A stretch of DNA of 64,000 bases from Trichosphaerium sp. ATCC 40318. Lineage: Eukaryota; Protista; Tubulinea. Below are positions 1-14,100 of the stretch, piece by piece (position 1 is the first letter of the stretch; the number at the start of each line of letters is the position of its first letter). Under the pieces are notes generated by a model. It was not told the DNA's origin. It did no database searches and was given only the letters and a program-made list of their open reading frames with translations. A program made the translations under genes and the position numbers. The stretch lies in the NCBI GenBank assembly GCA_038496445.1, contig JALMLS010000216.1:372001-436000 (forward strand), in the 5' to 3' direction.

Positions 1-1069
1 AAATCGCTATCTTGTAACTGTTGCTGTGGAGCTAGGTTGCTGTCTGAAGACCTGATATCTGGTGTCTTGTCTTTACGCTTATTGTTCTTGGATACTTGCT
101 TCGCTACATTTTTAATAAGAGGAGCTAGAGATCTTTGATGTCAAGGGACACAATATAAGTCATTGGCTTGAAGAATAAAACAACTAAAATTATTTCTTCA
201 AACCAAAAATTATGGAAGAATTTCTTGTGGATACACTTTCGCCCAGTGATCTGTCATGTCAAGCTCTTTGGCGTCTTTTATAAATAACTTAAAGTTGAGT
301 GCATCTACACGATTCAAGGCTGTGACTACACGCTGCATATGAGGCGCTTGACGCAAGATGGCTTCTGGTTTGTAATATTTTCTACAAATAGTCAGTTGGT
401 CAATTAAAAACGTGTTTCAATTGAAACTGTCATTATTTGACAGGTTCGCACCTGCATAGATCTGGTTTCCAAGAGAAAGCGTTAAAGTAAGCCCCTAGCG
501 CCGACTCGTTGAGACCGAGGCGAAAAAGTAATCTTGCTCTTCCTAATCGAACGGTTTGTAAAAATAAGATAATTTGGCGCATAGCTCAGTGTATGAGGGC
601 GTTTTACGAATTTCTTAAACAAGAATTTGCGTATTTTCTCCACGCACCATGTGGTGTCCCTGATGTAGATAGTGTTGTAGATAGAACTTCGCTGGTGCCT
701 GGTAGACAGTGTTTGAGGTTTTGCAAAAAATCCCATGCTGTGGTGCGAGAGAATAGGCCCCCTTGTACAGTAAGCACGTTAATAGTTGCGTGAGTGTAGT
801 ACCAGCTTTTAGATTAAAATTTACAAGTTGTTCAACCTGTACAAGCAGTTAATGACTGGTGAGTGCGCTAAAAGTACGTACTTGATACAACAAACGGTTC
901 AATAATGGAGTATCTTCGAAAATAACTTGGTCGGCATCTGTGCCTTGTAGCATTAACGCTGACGCAAATTCTAGCTTTTCTACTAGTTCTAGCGCTACAA
1001 GAAGTGTTTAGCAAATTGTCTGTTTTACCGATAATAATCTTGACAGCGCAAGTAACTCTAACCTGTCAT
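1..1069 (-). CDS. RUN-domain protein, multi-exon; runs off the window start
   Basis: Spliced translation MTALELVEKLEF...LNRLLYQVEQLV...AWDFLQNL...TPHGRARLLFRLGLNESALGAYF...KYYKPEAILR matches the RUN-domain consensus (GRARAWIRxALNE...YYxxxAxLR). Confidence 0.7.
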
Positions 1070-1191
1070 TTTCTACTTTCGTGTCATCAAATGGGTCAAT
1101 TGTTTCTTTTTGTTGGGTATGCCAGAAAAGTCTTCATAAATATGTCGTTTGACTTCCGTAGATTTTGTTAGTGGACTGAAAGGGTTAAAAC

Positions 1192-1778
1192 ATGAAGCTG
1201 CTGTTTGTTGCTGTGCTTTGTGTGGTTTGTGGATATACTATAGCGCAATTTGATGTTCTTTCAAAACTATGTGACGCTACGTTTTGCCCACTGGCGCCTA
1301 ACCATAGAGTAAGTAAACTGTCGCATTGTGACAGTTAGAAACTGTGAAAACGCAATATTTAAATCTACAAGGTACTGGTTGTGGGTAGTTTTGCTGGGCT
1401 AGCGCTTGCGTTTTATGCGTGTATTTGTGCACCATTATCGACGTTGGCACAGAAAGAAGTGCGCCCAGATTACCAATTCACCATCTCTGCTAGCGAGGTA
1501 TGTATTTCAGCATTGCCTGCGTAACGCCATTAGGTATTAAAGAGACGAGGCAGCTTTTAAATTCCACTTCCTTTTTAGCCTTTTTACGCTCCCACTGTAA
1601 CCTCCACGGTGTTTCTACGCGTATTGTTACCCATAGCCTGTGTTTAGAAGCGGCATTAATAAATGTGTCAATATGTACTGTAATATGTTGTAGCAGCTGT
1701 GAAGCATGTTTTAATAGTGTCAGAGCATGTCACAATGATAGTAACACAATGGCAGCTGGCTTAATGGCTGGTTCATAA
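1192..1778 (+). CDS. Small Cys-rich secreted or membrane protein, multi-exon
   Basis: N-terminal hydrophobic signal MKLLFVAVLCVVCGYTIA, a further hydrophobic segment, and a Cys-rich tail (ICTVICCSSCEACF). Confidence 0.45.
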
Positions 1779-1811
1779 GTACCTTCCTATCATTTTGAGC
1801 GAGACTACACG

Positions 1812-3554
1812 ATGTTCAAAGGATGGTTTGCGCCAAAAAAAGCGCCATGGGATGCGCGAAAGTGGTAATTTGATAATTTTTTAACGTTTGTAACGAATTG
1901 TAGTAAAATGGTCACTAAACTAGCGCTCAACAGAGTGAAACTCCAAAAAAACAAACGGGAGAATTTAATCAAGGTTGCTAAGCGCGAAGTAGCAGAATTA
2001 CTATCAAAAGGCCAAGAAGAGAACGCACTAGTACGTGTTGAGAGTATACTAAGGTAATTTCATTATTTGAAATAACACTAAACTCCAACAAGGGATAAAG
2101 CCACAAATGAAGCATATGGAGAACTGGAATTACACCTAGAACACTTACTGGCCCGTGTGGATTCCATTGGCTTGACATCGTACGTCATTTGATTGAAACG
2201 TCAACGTCAGCTGTCATCCTAACTACCTAAACTAGTCAGCCACCTCCAGACTTACTAACACCTATATCAACCATCCTATACGCTGCACCACGTATTACTG
2301 TCAAGGAACTCCACCAAATCAGCCAAATGATGATAGCAAGGTAAGACCAAAAAAAGAATTTTTTTTTTATTATCTTGTTCTAAATGCGATTTCTGATCTC
2401 TACACTTATTAGATACGGCCAAGAATTCGCGAACGAAGCCCTCTCAAATACTTACGAATACGTTAACGAAAATGTATTACAGTACTTGTCAGTAAGCCGT
2501 CCTGAGCCTCATCTTATCAATACTTTGATTCGAGAAATTTGCACGCAATACAACGTTGATTGGAAAGTGGAGATAATAGACTCTTACGGTTCTTCATCAC
2601 GTATTGCCGAAGATACTGAAATGCCTATGGCGAAGCCTACAGGGTCTTCTAAGGGCTTAGGACCTCCTCCGAGCGTAAATCCTACATTTGATTATATGTC
2701 TGGTCCTGCACCTACTCATAACTTTTCAAAGTCCTCTACTCCTTCCCACACAATTCCAGATGTACCAATACCAAACTTTGGTACGTAGTAGCATTGATAG
2801 CATTGTTCACATCAGTTGAAATTAAAATTTTATCGCATGGTTCTAAAGTAACTCAACAAACAACTCCTTTGTAGCAATAATTTTTTTTCTTATTTTTTTC
2901 TTTATAGGCAACGCACAACCTTCACCTGAAGCAACGCCATCAATGAATACACAGTTCCCAAATATACCAAATAATGCGTTTGAAGGATTCCCAGACGTAC
3001 CAAGTAATCCTGTAGCTAGAAATCCAACCTTTCCTTCAACGCCCGGTTATCAACAAAACCCAACTCCTCATTTCCAAAACAATAATCACCAACAACAACA
3101 AAGTCATACACCTCAATTTCAACAACGACAACAGCAAATTCGTCAACAGCCACCACCTGTACAAAATGTTGGCAACAACACTTTCCCACATGTTCCAGAT
3201 GTTTCACCTTCTTTCCCAAGTGTTCCTTCTTCAAACGAACCATCATTCCCAACACCTCCGACAGTAGGTTTTCCAAGTGCACCTGTACAAACAGTTGTAC
3301 CACAACCGAATACAACTCAAAACAATGATTCAGGTGATTTAGAATTCCCAGCGGTTCCCAAGGATATGGACTTGGATTTCCCTGAAATACCAGGAACAAC
3401 ACCTCCTAAAGGACCAAGTGGTGGCGGTGAGTTTGACTTTCCTCCAGTACCATCAAGTCCAACAAAGAATATGGGTACTAGCAATATGAATGATTTCCCT
3501 GATGACCTTGACTCTCTTGAGGCTCGATTTAACAAACTCCGCAATCAAAAGTAA
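1812..3554 (+). CDS. IST1: IST1-like ESCRT-III-associated protein
   Basis: Spliced N-terminus KLALNRVKLQKNKREN...KREVAELLSKGQEENALVRVESILR...ISTILYAAPR; Pro-rich linker; C-terminal MIM-like DDLDSLEARFNKLR. Confidence 0.85.
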
Positions 3555-3803
3555 AAAAAAAATCGCAAAAATGTAAATAAAGTATTTTGATAAAATGTAT
3601 TGTTACTGGAAGTTTAAGACCAAAGTAGATCCCTGTTAGCAATCCACAGGAGGTTATACATCATGGACTTATATTGATTTCAAAATAACCAAAACACCAC
3701 ACCTACTGGTTTTCCAATACCTTGTAAAATGTCCGAGTAATAATGAAACTTTGTTCTGTGGGTTTTTAATACAAACTTTTTTATTTATTTTCAGTGTTGT
3801 TTT

Positions 3804-5434
3804 TTACCATGGCGTCAAAATAAGCTTTCCTTGTGCTCCTTTAGGTGGATTTATCACTTGTTCATGTGCTTTGCTAGCATCTGCAAGAGCCATAGATTGC
3901 CATATCATTGGAGATAGTGTACCATTAGATAGACCAGCATAGATAGCCGCGTTAATCTCTTTTCTGTCTTCAGGAGTTGCATGTGCCTGAAATAGTTCAT
4001 GTTAGTGTTTTTCGAATAAACAACATTACTTCTGTTTCTAACGCACCAAAGCTACACCAAGGATATCACCTAATCTACCCATAAGATTACGAGGATTTAT
4101 TTCAATAGATCCACGGTTTCCAATAATTGCTACACGTCCACGAAGTGCGAGAAGCTCCAAGTCTTTCTCTAAAACCAAAGTCAAAAAACTTGTTCAAGAA
4201 AAACCCCTGTCCGTCTTTAGCAATGACTTACGTAGATTTACATTAGCAAGCATCTCTAGTACAATATCAACGCCTTTTCCACCAGTGGCTGCAGATATCT
4301 AGAGTGATTATAAGTCACTACACGTTCATAAAAACACAAATTGTAACAAAATTGATAAAAAGGTGTGGGTTTTTTTTTAGTATTATATGTACAGAACGTA
4401 CTGCGTCCAAGTATCCTTCTTCTCTATGATTGAAAGCAAAGTGGCATCCCTTAAATATAGCGTCAAAATGAATTCCCATAATATTCTTACTTACATTTTT
4501 TTTAATCAATTCAAGTCCTTCTTTAGTTCCCGCTGTACCAATAATTGTCATGCCAAGACCTTTAGCGAACTTGCACAAAAATGTCAGGAACAACGCTCAA
4601 AATACAAAGGTAACTTACTTGTGTAGCTGCAACACCAACACCGCCAGAAGCACCATGAATGAGTACTAGAAGAAAGGATTAGCAACAAAAGTTTTTGTTG
4701 AATTTTCTTTTTTTTCAAGACTTACCTGTTTCACCTGGTTTAGCTCTTCCACGTATCTTAAGTGCGAAATAAGCTGTTGCATATGGTACATTTACAGCAG
4801 CACTATAACAGGTGTTAGTTTTAACGGTTCTAACTCAACGACATGAAAAATTAATACGAAAATGATTTACCCTTGTTCAAAGGAAACATTCTCTGGAAGC
4901 GGATTAACATCTGTAGCTTCACATAGTGTATACTGAGCGTAAGATCCTGTTTGTGTTTTTTGTGTCCAAACTCTGTCTCCAACCTACACACAAAGTCAGA
5001 AAAGTACTTTATTTTGAAGAACGTCTGCGACTAAAGAGAAAAAAAAGGAAAGTGCTTTGGCTGACTTCACTCGCTTTGTACTAACGGAATATTACCTTTA
5101 CATTTGTTACGTCATCTCCAATCGTATCTATAACACCTGCAGCGTCATGTCCTGTGTTTTTGGGTAAATACAACAGTTTTTTTAATTAGGAATGCGTTAC
5201 CTGGCGTCCAAGGCGTTGTTATTTTGTAATTATTAGTGCCTGAGCGTAAATATGTATCAACTGGGTTAACGCCACATGCTTGGACTTTTACAACCACCTA
5301 CGCGTTGCTAAGTACATAGAATCGCCGCTTGGATAGGTTATTACCTGTGTTTTAGAAGGAGACGGTTTATCTATTTCAGATAGTGTCAAAACCTCTGGAC
5401 CGCCTTGTTTGAGTACTCTTATTGCTTTCATCAT
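3804..5434 (-). CDS. NADPH:quinone oxidoreductase (zeta-crystallin-like MDR family)
   Basis: [15 protein letters not shown]...[14 protein letters not shown]...PWTPGHDAAGV...[16 protein letters not shown]...[11 protein letters not shown] across about 10 exons. Confidence 0.9.
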
Positions 5435-5997
5435 CTTATTAACTTGATTAAACTATTTTCTGTGGCCATTTAGTTGACTTAACTCGGACAAATTGGTGGC
5501 CAACGAATTCGTCAAACGACACGACAACAAAACCGTTCAAGTCTTTCGACTCCTTGTAAATCATTGGTAATTGTAGTTGTAGGTGATAGCGTTAAAGATA
5601 CGTTTTGAGAAAAGTAGAAAGAAAATCTTGTGTACTTTTTTTTGTTCGCTACTTTTTGGGATTCTACTATAACTGAGAAAGTGAATAGATAAACGATTTC
5701 AATAAAGACACTTCCTGTTTTGGTGCATTACAATTGAATTGTACACTAATTTAAGCCGTGGATAGATATTTAGAAAGAACTTCAATTAAGGATCAACCCA
5801 GTCGTTTACACCGCTAGCTAAAGCTTAATGAAACCCTGAAGCTATTGTAAACGTACAACGTAGACAAGCACGTGACGCAAAGATGAAACTGGTCTTCAGG
5901 TAATTAAAATAGAAACAAGATAACGTAAAAACCGTTAAAGAATGCAAACACAGGCGTAACGGTTTTGTCGAAATTTTGGATTTTTTTGATTTTTTTT

Positions 5998-8900
5998 TTA
6001 CTGTACAATTGTTTGATCACCCACTTGCTGCTTCTGAGAAGACTCTTGAGCAATTTCATTCTGACCAGCATCTCCAGTTTTCTAAACATCATTAATGAGA
6101 AATTTTGTTAGAGTTAATGTCAAAATACCTACCTGAATCAACTGAGCTATTTTTCCTTCAATAGCTATTCGTTTTAGCCTTGCTGCCTTCTCCTCAGCAA
6201 CAGCTTGCACGAGAGCTTCCTGTAACAACTTAAGTTCTCCTGCTACAGCTTCAGCATCTTGTGGAGCGGTAGTTCTCCCCTTTAAAGAAATGTAAGGAAA
6301 ACCCGGCACGAGAAAAAAAAAATTGTTACAATGGGGCTTACCTTTAATACTGTAGCGCGTACTATACGCCTTGGTGTCTTAGAACCTTGTGAGCCATTTG
6401 TGCTACTAAATTGAGGAGCTCTATGAGATGTTCCATTTGCTTTCTTAGTGGTGTCTATTGCAGGTTCACCACTATCATTAAGTGCAAAAGACAAAGCTTG
6501 CCCTAATATTGGTGTTCTTTGCGCAGAAACTATCACAGGCTGCTGTGCAGTCTCTTGAGTATGTCCAGGGGCACTAACAGCGTTGTCTGGTGTAGCAGGC
6601 TGAGAAGCAACAGCTATGACTTCTTGATTTCCATTTGATTGCTGTGTGTTACTATACTGTATAGAAGCAGCACTTGGTGCTATTGAAGACTTTACAAAGC
6701 TTATATAAAGAGTTAGAAAGATATGAAAACTAGATTTTTTTCAACTTACGATGCAGGTTCTTTTGTATGTACACTATCGCTCATTGGAATGCTCTGTTGG
6801 CTGTGTATTGGGTCTTGGTACATTGGAACACTTGAAACAACTGTACCATGCTAAAAAGAGTATGTCAGTAAACGAAGGAGACCAACATCTACAAATCAAG
6901 AAAACATTTCCATCAAAAAAAAACTACCTTAATGTCTGGTTTCTGTATTGGCATATTCGCGATTTGATCAACTTCCATTGGTGTTAAATCTTCAAGATTA
7001 CCTATATCAGTCATCATACGATCCTGATCTTGAGGTACAACACCGCAGTTCTAAAAACTTTAAGTCACTGATGTCAACACTATTCAAATAATCTTTTTGT
7101 ACCTCAGGGATTGGTGTTGAAGCTACTGCATTTGGCATCTTTCCTTGTGTAACATCACCCATAGGTATAGTAGAAACCAGAGTCTTTGGTTTAACGGCAA
7201 AACCACCAGGGTCACGAACATGAGAATAAATTAAACTTGTACCGTCTAAAAAGAAAACAAGTTAATCGCTTTTTGTCTTCCACTACCTCTTTCTATTCGG
7301 TTAGATAGAATCAACGTACCTGAACCACAAGCTATGAATATAGGTTTGTGAGGATGGAAAACAACAACACGAACAATAATATTAGCCATTTCAGTAAGAG
7401 CAGTGACTAGTTGTCCTGTGGCCAGATTCCAAAAGTAGATGTTACCATCAGTGGTTGGTGCTACGACATAACGACCATTTGAACTCATTTTTATCCGAAT
7501 ATTATTAGATTCGTATCTACAACGTGTTGTTAACGAATATTCAAAAAACAAAGACAGCAACACGGCATGAACAACAGCTTTCCTTTTTGCTTTTTGGAAA
7601 AAAGAAGAAAATTTTTGGATAGTTTTGGCATACCCTCGTTGTTGAAATGATTGCATTATTTCTAGTTTCCATTTACCCCCAGATCGGTCTGGTCGTATCA
7701 ATTTACGAAAGTGAACAGTGTTTGGTTTGAATACTAGTAGAAACTAATGAGTATTTGTTCAAACAAAAAAAAACAACCAAACAATAAAGTGTCACATTTT
7801 GACACATTGTGTTTACGTACATTTTCCATTTTTTGTCCTTTCTGTGCCTCTAGTAATCAAGTAGCTTGTACGCACGTTCGTATCTACAATGTCAACGGGC
7901 TTAACAAACTTTACAAAATCGCAGTAGTCTCCATATAATCTCTTAAAAAATCCATTCTCGACGCGCTTTAGAAAGAAAAATGAGCTTAAATCTAATGACT
8001 ACTAAAAGCACTTATGATCCGTACCAATCCAGCTTCAAAATCATATACAATTAAGCCATGATCACACGCAGCAAGGAAATACTTGTTACCACAATTTGGT
8101 ACGAAACTAAGACTACATGCAACACGTGGAGACAAATCATTAATAAAAGTACTACTTTCGTGCCCACTATTATTCAAGCATTAATAAACGTGTATTATTG
8201 ACTAAAAAAGAAGTGGGTGCGTTAATATTAAGGTTTTGTTTCCACAAGAATGAGCTTCAAAAGAAAAATAAAAGATGGAAAAAAAAAAAAAGAAAAATAA
8301 ATACCTCCAGTCGCTTTTCAATTTCCATTTGATTATACGACCATCACTTGAGCATGATAAGGCGTAGTGTTGTGCTTTGAATGAAAGCAGTTTTATACAA
8401 ACGATAGATTGATTATGTCCAACCAACTTATCAACAATCTTACGCTCAACAAGATGCCAAACCTTAACGGTAAAAATTATTAATAATTGCTCATAATAAT
8501 AAAAAAACTTGCTATTTGTGTACCTTAATTTGTGATGGTAGTAATTGATTGTCGCCTGTTTCTTCATTGTACTTATGTCTATCTTTACGACTTCCACCAA
8601 TATACAGGTATGTATTATCTAACAATTAAAATTTAACTCCGTATTGAGCCTCAAAAAAAAAAAGCAAAAATCCTTACCAGGTGAAAATTGAATAGACACT
8701 GCTTCCTCTATCTGTTCTTCATCTTCATCCTTTATTGCACAAACCTCCCGCCAATCATCAACTGTGTATATATGTACTACACCCATAGCAGTTGCAACAG
8801 CAAACAAGGTACCATCGCTTAAAAAGAAATTAAGTCAATTTTTTCACAAAACAAAAATTCTGCGTCAGAAAAAAAAAATCGTACTCTGAGAATGTTGCGC

Positions 8901-9596
8901 TATAAATGGGTGCCTTATTGTTTACTTTATAAGTAGCCTTCAGCTTATTTCTCATATTAACAAGGTCTATTGGCGGGTATGTACTCCAGTAATTATCTGG
9001 AAAAGCAGCAGCGATCTCCCTACATCAAAATATGAGACGGTGTTTCATTTATAGTTAAAAACTGAGAATGAGAAATTAGACAAAAAAACCAAAGTTGGCA
9101 GAGTAGAGAAATTCCCATTAAATTTTTATGTTCTTGGTATACACCATGTACGAATACAACGAACTTGGTACATAAATTGGGGCCATTCGCAGAAGCAGAA
9201 AATTTTTTTTCACAGTAACGAAAAAAGTGTAAGTGGACATGGTGCAAGTGCCAAAATGACGCTTGGTTCAAGTTTATACGCACCTGATGTAACGTGTATC
9301 AAAATGAGGCGCGTTTGGAGAGGCGGGTAGAGTGTCCTATAATGCATTTAGGTAAGTGCCGTGTAAACGCCGAAACTGCATGAGATACGCGTTAAAAAGA
9401 GAACATACTTTTTGCTTCTTCTTTCGTTGCTTTTTTTTGCTATTGCCTTTACTATCAATATCTAACGAGGTTCAGGTATGTGTTACGGGACTCTGGGTTC
9501 GAAAAAAGGGCGTTTGTACCGTCGATCGTGTCATCTAGAACAAAGCGCGGTTTACAGGCCAAACGAGTAGACCGCCGCACTGTTGACATCAACCAT
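5998..9596 (-). CDS. WD40-repeat protein with a low-complexity/coiled-coil C-terminus; start uncertain
   Basis: WD repeats such as VKVWHLVERKIVDKLVGHNQSIVCI...SCSSDGRIIKW and SSNGRYVVAPTTDGNIYFWNLATGQ. Confidence 0.7.
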
Positions 9597-9786
9597 TAAT
9601 TTCTGCCGAACTATGGGCGTCTCTGGGTCCTTTTAAAAGTTGTGACAAAGTTGCTAAATCGCGCCGGTAATGTATTATCGCTTAACCCTACCTTAATCCA
9701 GTAAATCTGCTTTTATTTCGAAACATACACCTCTATCTGCCTCTTAAGGCGATCAGATATACTGAAACAATACAAGTATTACAAGG

Positions 9787-10811
9787 TTATACGCTAAAGC
9801 TAGCTGAGACGCCAAGGTGATCAGAAACTGGAACTCCATCTGGAGTGGTGTATTCAACTACTCGCGTGCTCATGGTACAGTGGATGTCTTTGTAAAGGAT
9901 GTGATCGAGACTTTTTTTGATACGCGGGAATGTAATGGGATGATCTATGGTTGGATCCTCATCGACAATATTAACCAGAGGCGCGAGAGTCTTTTGAAGG
10001 AAACCGTAGGATTCTTTATCTCCAATAGCGTCAATATTCCAGTCACCACTCGCAACGATCTTGGCGTTCGGATCACTTTTGAGAATAGGCGCTATGAGTT
10101 CATCTTTGATTTGTTGTAGTTGCTTCTCCCGAACACCTTTTGAATGTGCATCAAGATGAGCAGTAATGATATGAAGTGATTCATCTCCTAAAGCATAAAA
10201 CGTCAACTAACCTACTACGTCTTTTTTCAAAAGAAATAAATGAGCAACCTGGTTGCTAGCTAGCAAACCAGGATATGTATCACGTACCTATCTTCAAGTG
10301 AGCATGTAAGGCTCCTTTAGAACACAATATCTCCGTGTAACTCCACTTTTTGAAAACTATGCTGTTACTAGCCACCCAAGGAAATTTTGATAAAATCATT
10401 AATCCTGAATCCTGTACGCATGGTAGATAACGCTCTGGGCGTTTAGATTTCACGTGGTGACCTGTAATACCGTTACTATTTTCGTTACACTGTTTTATGT
10501 TACTTGCCTTCCCATACGTCTAGTATGCGTTTTTTACGTACTCCAGTGTCAGAAACTGGCGTGTGAAGTGAAAAAACTTCTTGTAGGCAAACAATATCGT
10601 ATTCGTTTATATGCTCTAATAGACCCTCCAAACGGTTGTATTGATGCGGGTAAGAGTGATGAACAAATGAATGTATGTTCATGTTCTGGGATAAGAACGA
10701 AACAGGCGTTTCTACAACATGGATACATCAATACGCGCGAATTAAAACAAAACAATTCGTTGCAAACCGGAATTCAGGCGCAGTACGTTTTCCAGGTGCT
10801 TCAGCTGCCAT
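9787..10811 (-). CDS. Endonuclease/exonuclease/phosphatase (EEP) fold enzyme, neutral sphingomyelinase-like
   Basis: Motifs DIVCLQEVF, DSGLMILSKFP, SKGALHA, TAHLDA, SGDWNI, LDHIL, SDHLGV. Confidence 0.85.
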
Positions 10812-11154
10812 ATTTCGTTATTGCTACCTCTTGAGGTGTTTTTACAGTTTGGAGCCACAAGAATGTAGAAACTTAGCGAATTTACAAGTTAATTTGCAAT
10901 GAAGCCAAAATAATGTAGTTAATTATTGTGTTCCCTCAATGACAAAATCGAGGATAGTACATACTTCACAACCACGTTTTTAAAGTAAAAATAAACACTT
11001 CAATACTACACAATAACAAAGTCTCCCTAACAACCAATGGTACTACTACGATGGTTTTAAACGCGTCACGTGACACAAAATGCGTTTTGGTTTAACTTTG
11101 GTTGACTTTGCTACATTTTTTTACGCTGACAGCTGACGATGACAATACCTGGTC

Positions 11155-14100
11155 ATGAAGCTTGCTGCGTCTTTCAATGCATCACTCAAGAGCAGAGAAA
11201 CCTCGTATGGATGTTTAAGTTCGCTAGAGAAAAAACAATTCAAAGAGGTAGAGTTGCAGCGTAAATGTTACGCAAACGCGCTAACACATCCTTAAAAGCT
11301 GGAAAATGCCCTTTTAATAACAAAATTAAGTGATTGGTACACAGTATCCTCTAAAGACGCTCTTTCTGTCGCAGATTCACCAATACTGAGGTAACGCAGT
11401 AAATTATCCAATTTAACCTCCGTAATTAAACTGACACTTAAAAAAGGGAACACGCAGGCTCAATTTCGCGTCTGCTACATCGTATATACCCTTTAGAACG
11501 TTGGGAGCCTTGGAAGTTTCAAAGTATACCTAGAGGCTATTGGACCGAAGAAACACATCAGCATGACTTTATCAGATACGTACGCATCAGTTTACAAGCT
11601 TTGTAACGACGAGGAGTGTCAACTGATGTTTTTGTAGTTTGAGGGAAAATTCAAGATAAAAAAACTGGAAGATTGGTACACTATAACTTCGTCTGAGTTT
11701 GTACTTGCTGGTGCAATTGGTTTGTTGAAATTGTTTGGAGGAAAGCAAGGCATAGGTGTCGTACCTTCAATTTTGATGCATCTTTATCCAGACCATAACT
11801 GGATATTGTACAAGTTTGGTAAGTCACTTAACCCAAATCGGGTTTGTTTTCGTTTTTTTTAAAATTCGACTACAACCATGTTTGTGAGCAATGTTTTTGA
11901 TGTTGAGGATAGACAAAGTTGCTAGTGGATTTTGGTTAGATATTCATAATAGGCTAACAGTAATAAGAGACGTACGTTACAGTCAGTGATAGAGAAATAC
12001 AAATTTCACAACTATTTTTTTATAGTTAGAAGAACATTTGAAAATCAGTCAAATTGGCGACTGGTATAATGTTTCATACGATGATATATATGCTCTTGGG
12101 TCACGCGGACTAATGAAGTACGTTTTCATACTAATTATTGTATTCGGCTTTGATATTGACGAACATCTTTAAGTTTCTACGGATCTATTCCACGCATGCT
12201 TAATCGAATCTATCCTGACTTTAATTGGAAACCACGAAAGTTCTGTACGACCTCTTACATCTAAACAAGTCCCTCATCAACATTAATTAGTATCACCACG
12301 AAATAAAATACTACCAAGCCGTTGGGATAATGTAGAAAACGTTCGAACTACACTAGAAAAGGTTTGAAAACAACTTCATGCATTTTCTGTTTTCTGTAAA
12401 CCAACTCCACTTATAGCTCTATTCTCGTTTGAAACTACAAACCCCGAGTTGTTGGTATACCGTTAAGAAAACTGACATGCTTGATGAGTACGAGATTGGA
12501 CTTTGGAAGTAAGGCGTAAAACACTCTACTGGTATTACCGTTTACGCCTGTTTTAGTAATTCTAATGGTCTGTGCAATGCTCTTCAGTTGGCTTATCCTT
12601 CTGGAGAATGGCTTCCATGGCGCTTTGGTAGGTGTTTTTTTGTCAATTACAACTTACAAGATGTTTAGAGAGCGTAGAGCGATACTTTTGGGAAGCAAGA
12701 GAAAATAGAATACAGTTTTTGATGCACGTGCGTGAAACGCTTCGTTATAAACAAACAGAATGCTCATCGACTCCACTATTAGATAGAGAGAACAAACAAT
12801 CTAACACAAATAGACGATTGGTATGGTATCATCCGAGAAAATGTCAAGAAGGCCGGAGGTGCCGGCTTAATAACCAAGCACGATTTTTTTACTTCAAAAA
12901 AAACTTTAAAAAGAATGTTGTCGTAGAACTTCATCTTCATCTTAACAAGTTTTGGTACGGCGTGAACCTAGTTTAATAATTGTTTTCAGATACTATAAAG
13001 GCTCTTTGTTGCTATTCCTTCAAGATATGTATCCTGATAACAAATGGTCATTGTGGAGGTTCTGTATGTACACCTAGTAGACTTCTATTGATTTTTTACT
13101 ACTAGTAAAAGCTCCTGGTTATTGTTGGCAACAGGAAGACAGCGTTCAAGAATATATTAGATTTATTGAAGATAAATTTAAGATACACAAAATAACTGAC
13201 TGGTACAGAGTATCACGTACTCAGATTGAAGAGAATCATGGCAGCGGTTTCTTAAATTACTGGCCTCAAATATTAACAAATATGTACCCTGAAGTAAAAT
13301 GGGATATTGACTCATTAAGAGCCAAGAAGAAATGTGCAACACAGAGGTACAACAAAAAAAAAACCATAAAATTACATTTTTGTTTACCTCTCTTCTGACA
13401 TTTTCTAGGGAGCTTGGTATTGCTGTACATGAAGTGCTGCCACAATATGATATTTTAGAAGAGTATAAACCAGGTATAAAGCGAGATTCCTCTGGACATA
13501 CCATGACACTTGATATTTTCCTTCCTATTGTCAATATCGCGTTTGAGTATCAAGGTGAACATCATTACTTTGATTTCCATGCTAGATTTGCTCCTGCAAC
13601 TGCACAAGAACGCTTAGATGCAGAGAAAGTTCAAGAATGTACTAAGAATGGTACCAACACAAATCATTGTTTCGCATTTTCTTCTTATCAGTGAGTAGGA
13701 ATAACAATTATTCCAATACCATTTTGGTGGGGTCGTGACACTGCTAGTATAGCTGCAACAATAAAGTACTATAGGTGCGTTCTACATATAGTGGCGGCTA
13801 GCAGGACTATTGCTGCTGTAATATGTTGTACTTAAATATTTTTGTTAGACCTGACTTGGATATTGATGTACCTGAAGGAGTTGAACCGCTTGTGGAAATG
13901 CCAGAACATATAGCAAATACTCCAAGTATGAGAATCTTTGATATAATCAAATCACAAGGTCTTTTATTAATGAGTAACTGTTAGGAAGTTCTGTTGAGAA
14001 AATAACAAAAGTTCAAACATATAATGCTGGTAATGATTATTCGAACTGGTACCCACCTCTATTCTATTTATGATAAGAACCACGTTAATTGAAAACACTT

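Noticed and set aside
3016-3544. Antisense ORFs within IST1 (and similarly at 51168-51494 and 59681-60192)
   Set aside because: These are shadows of low-complexity coding sequence on the other strand or frame.
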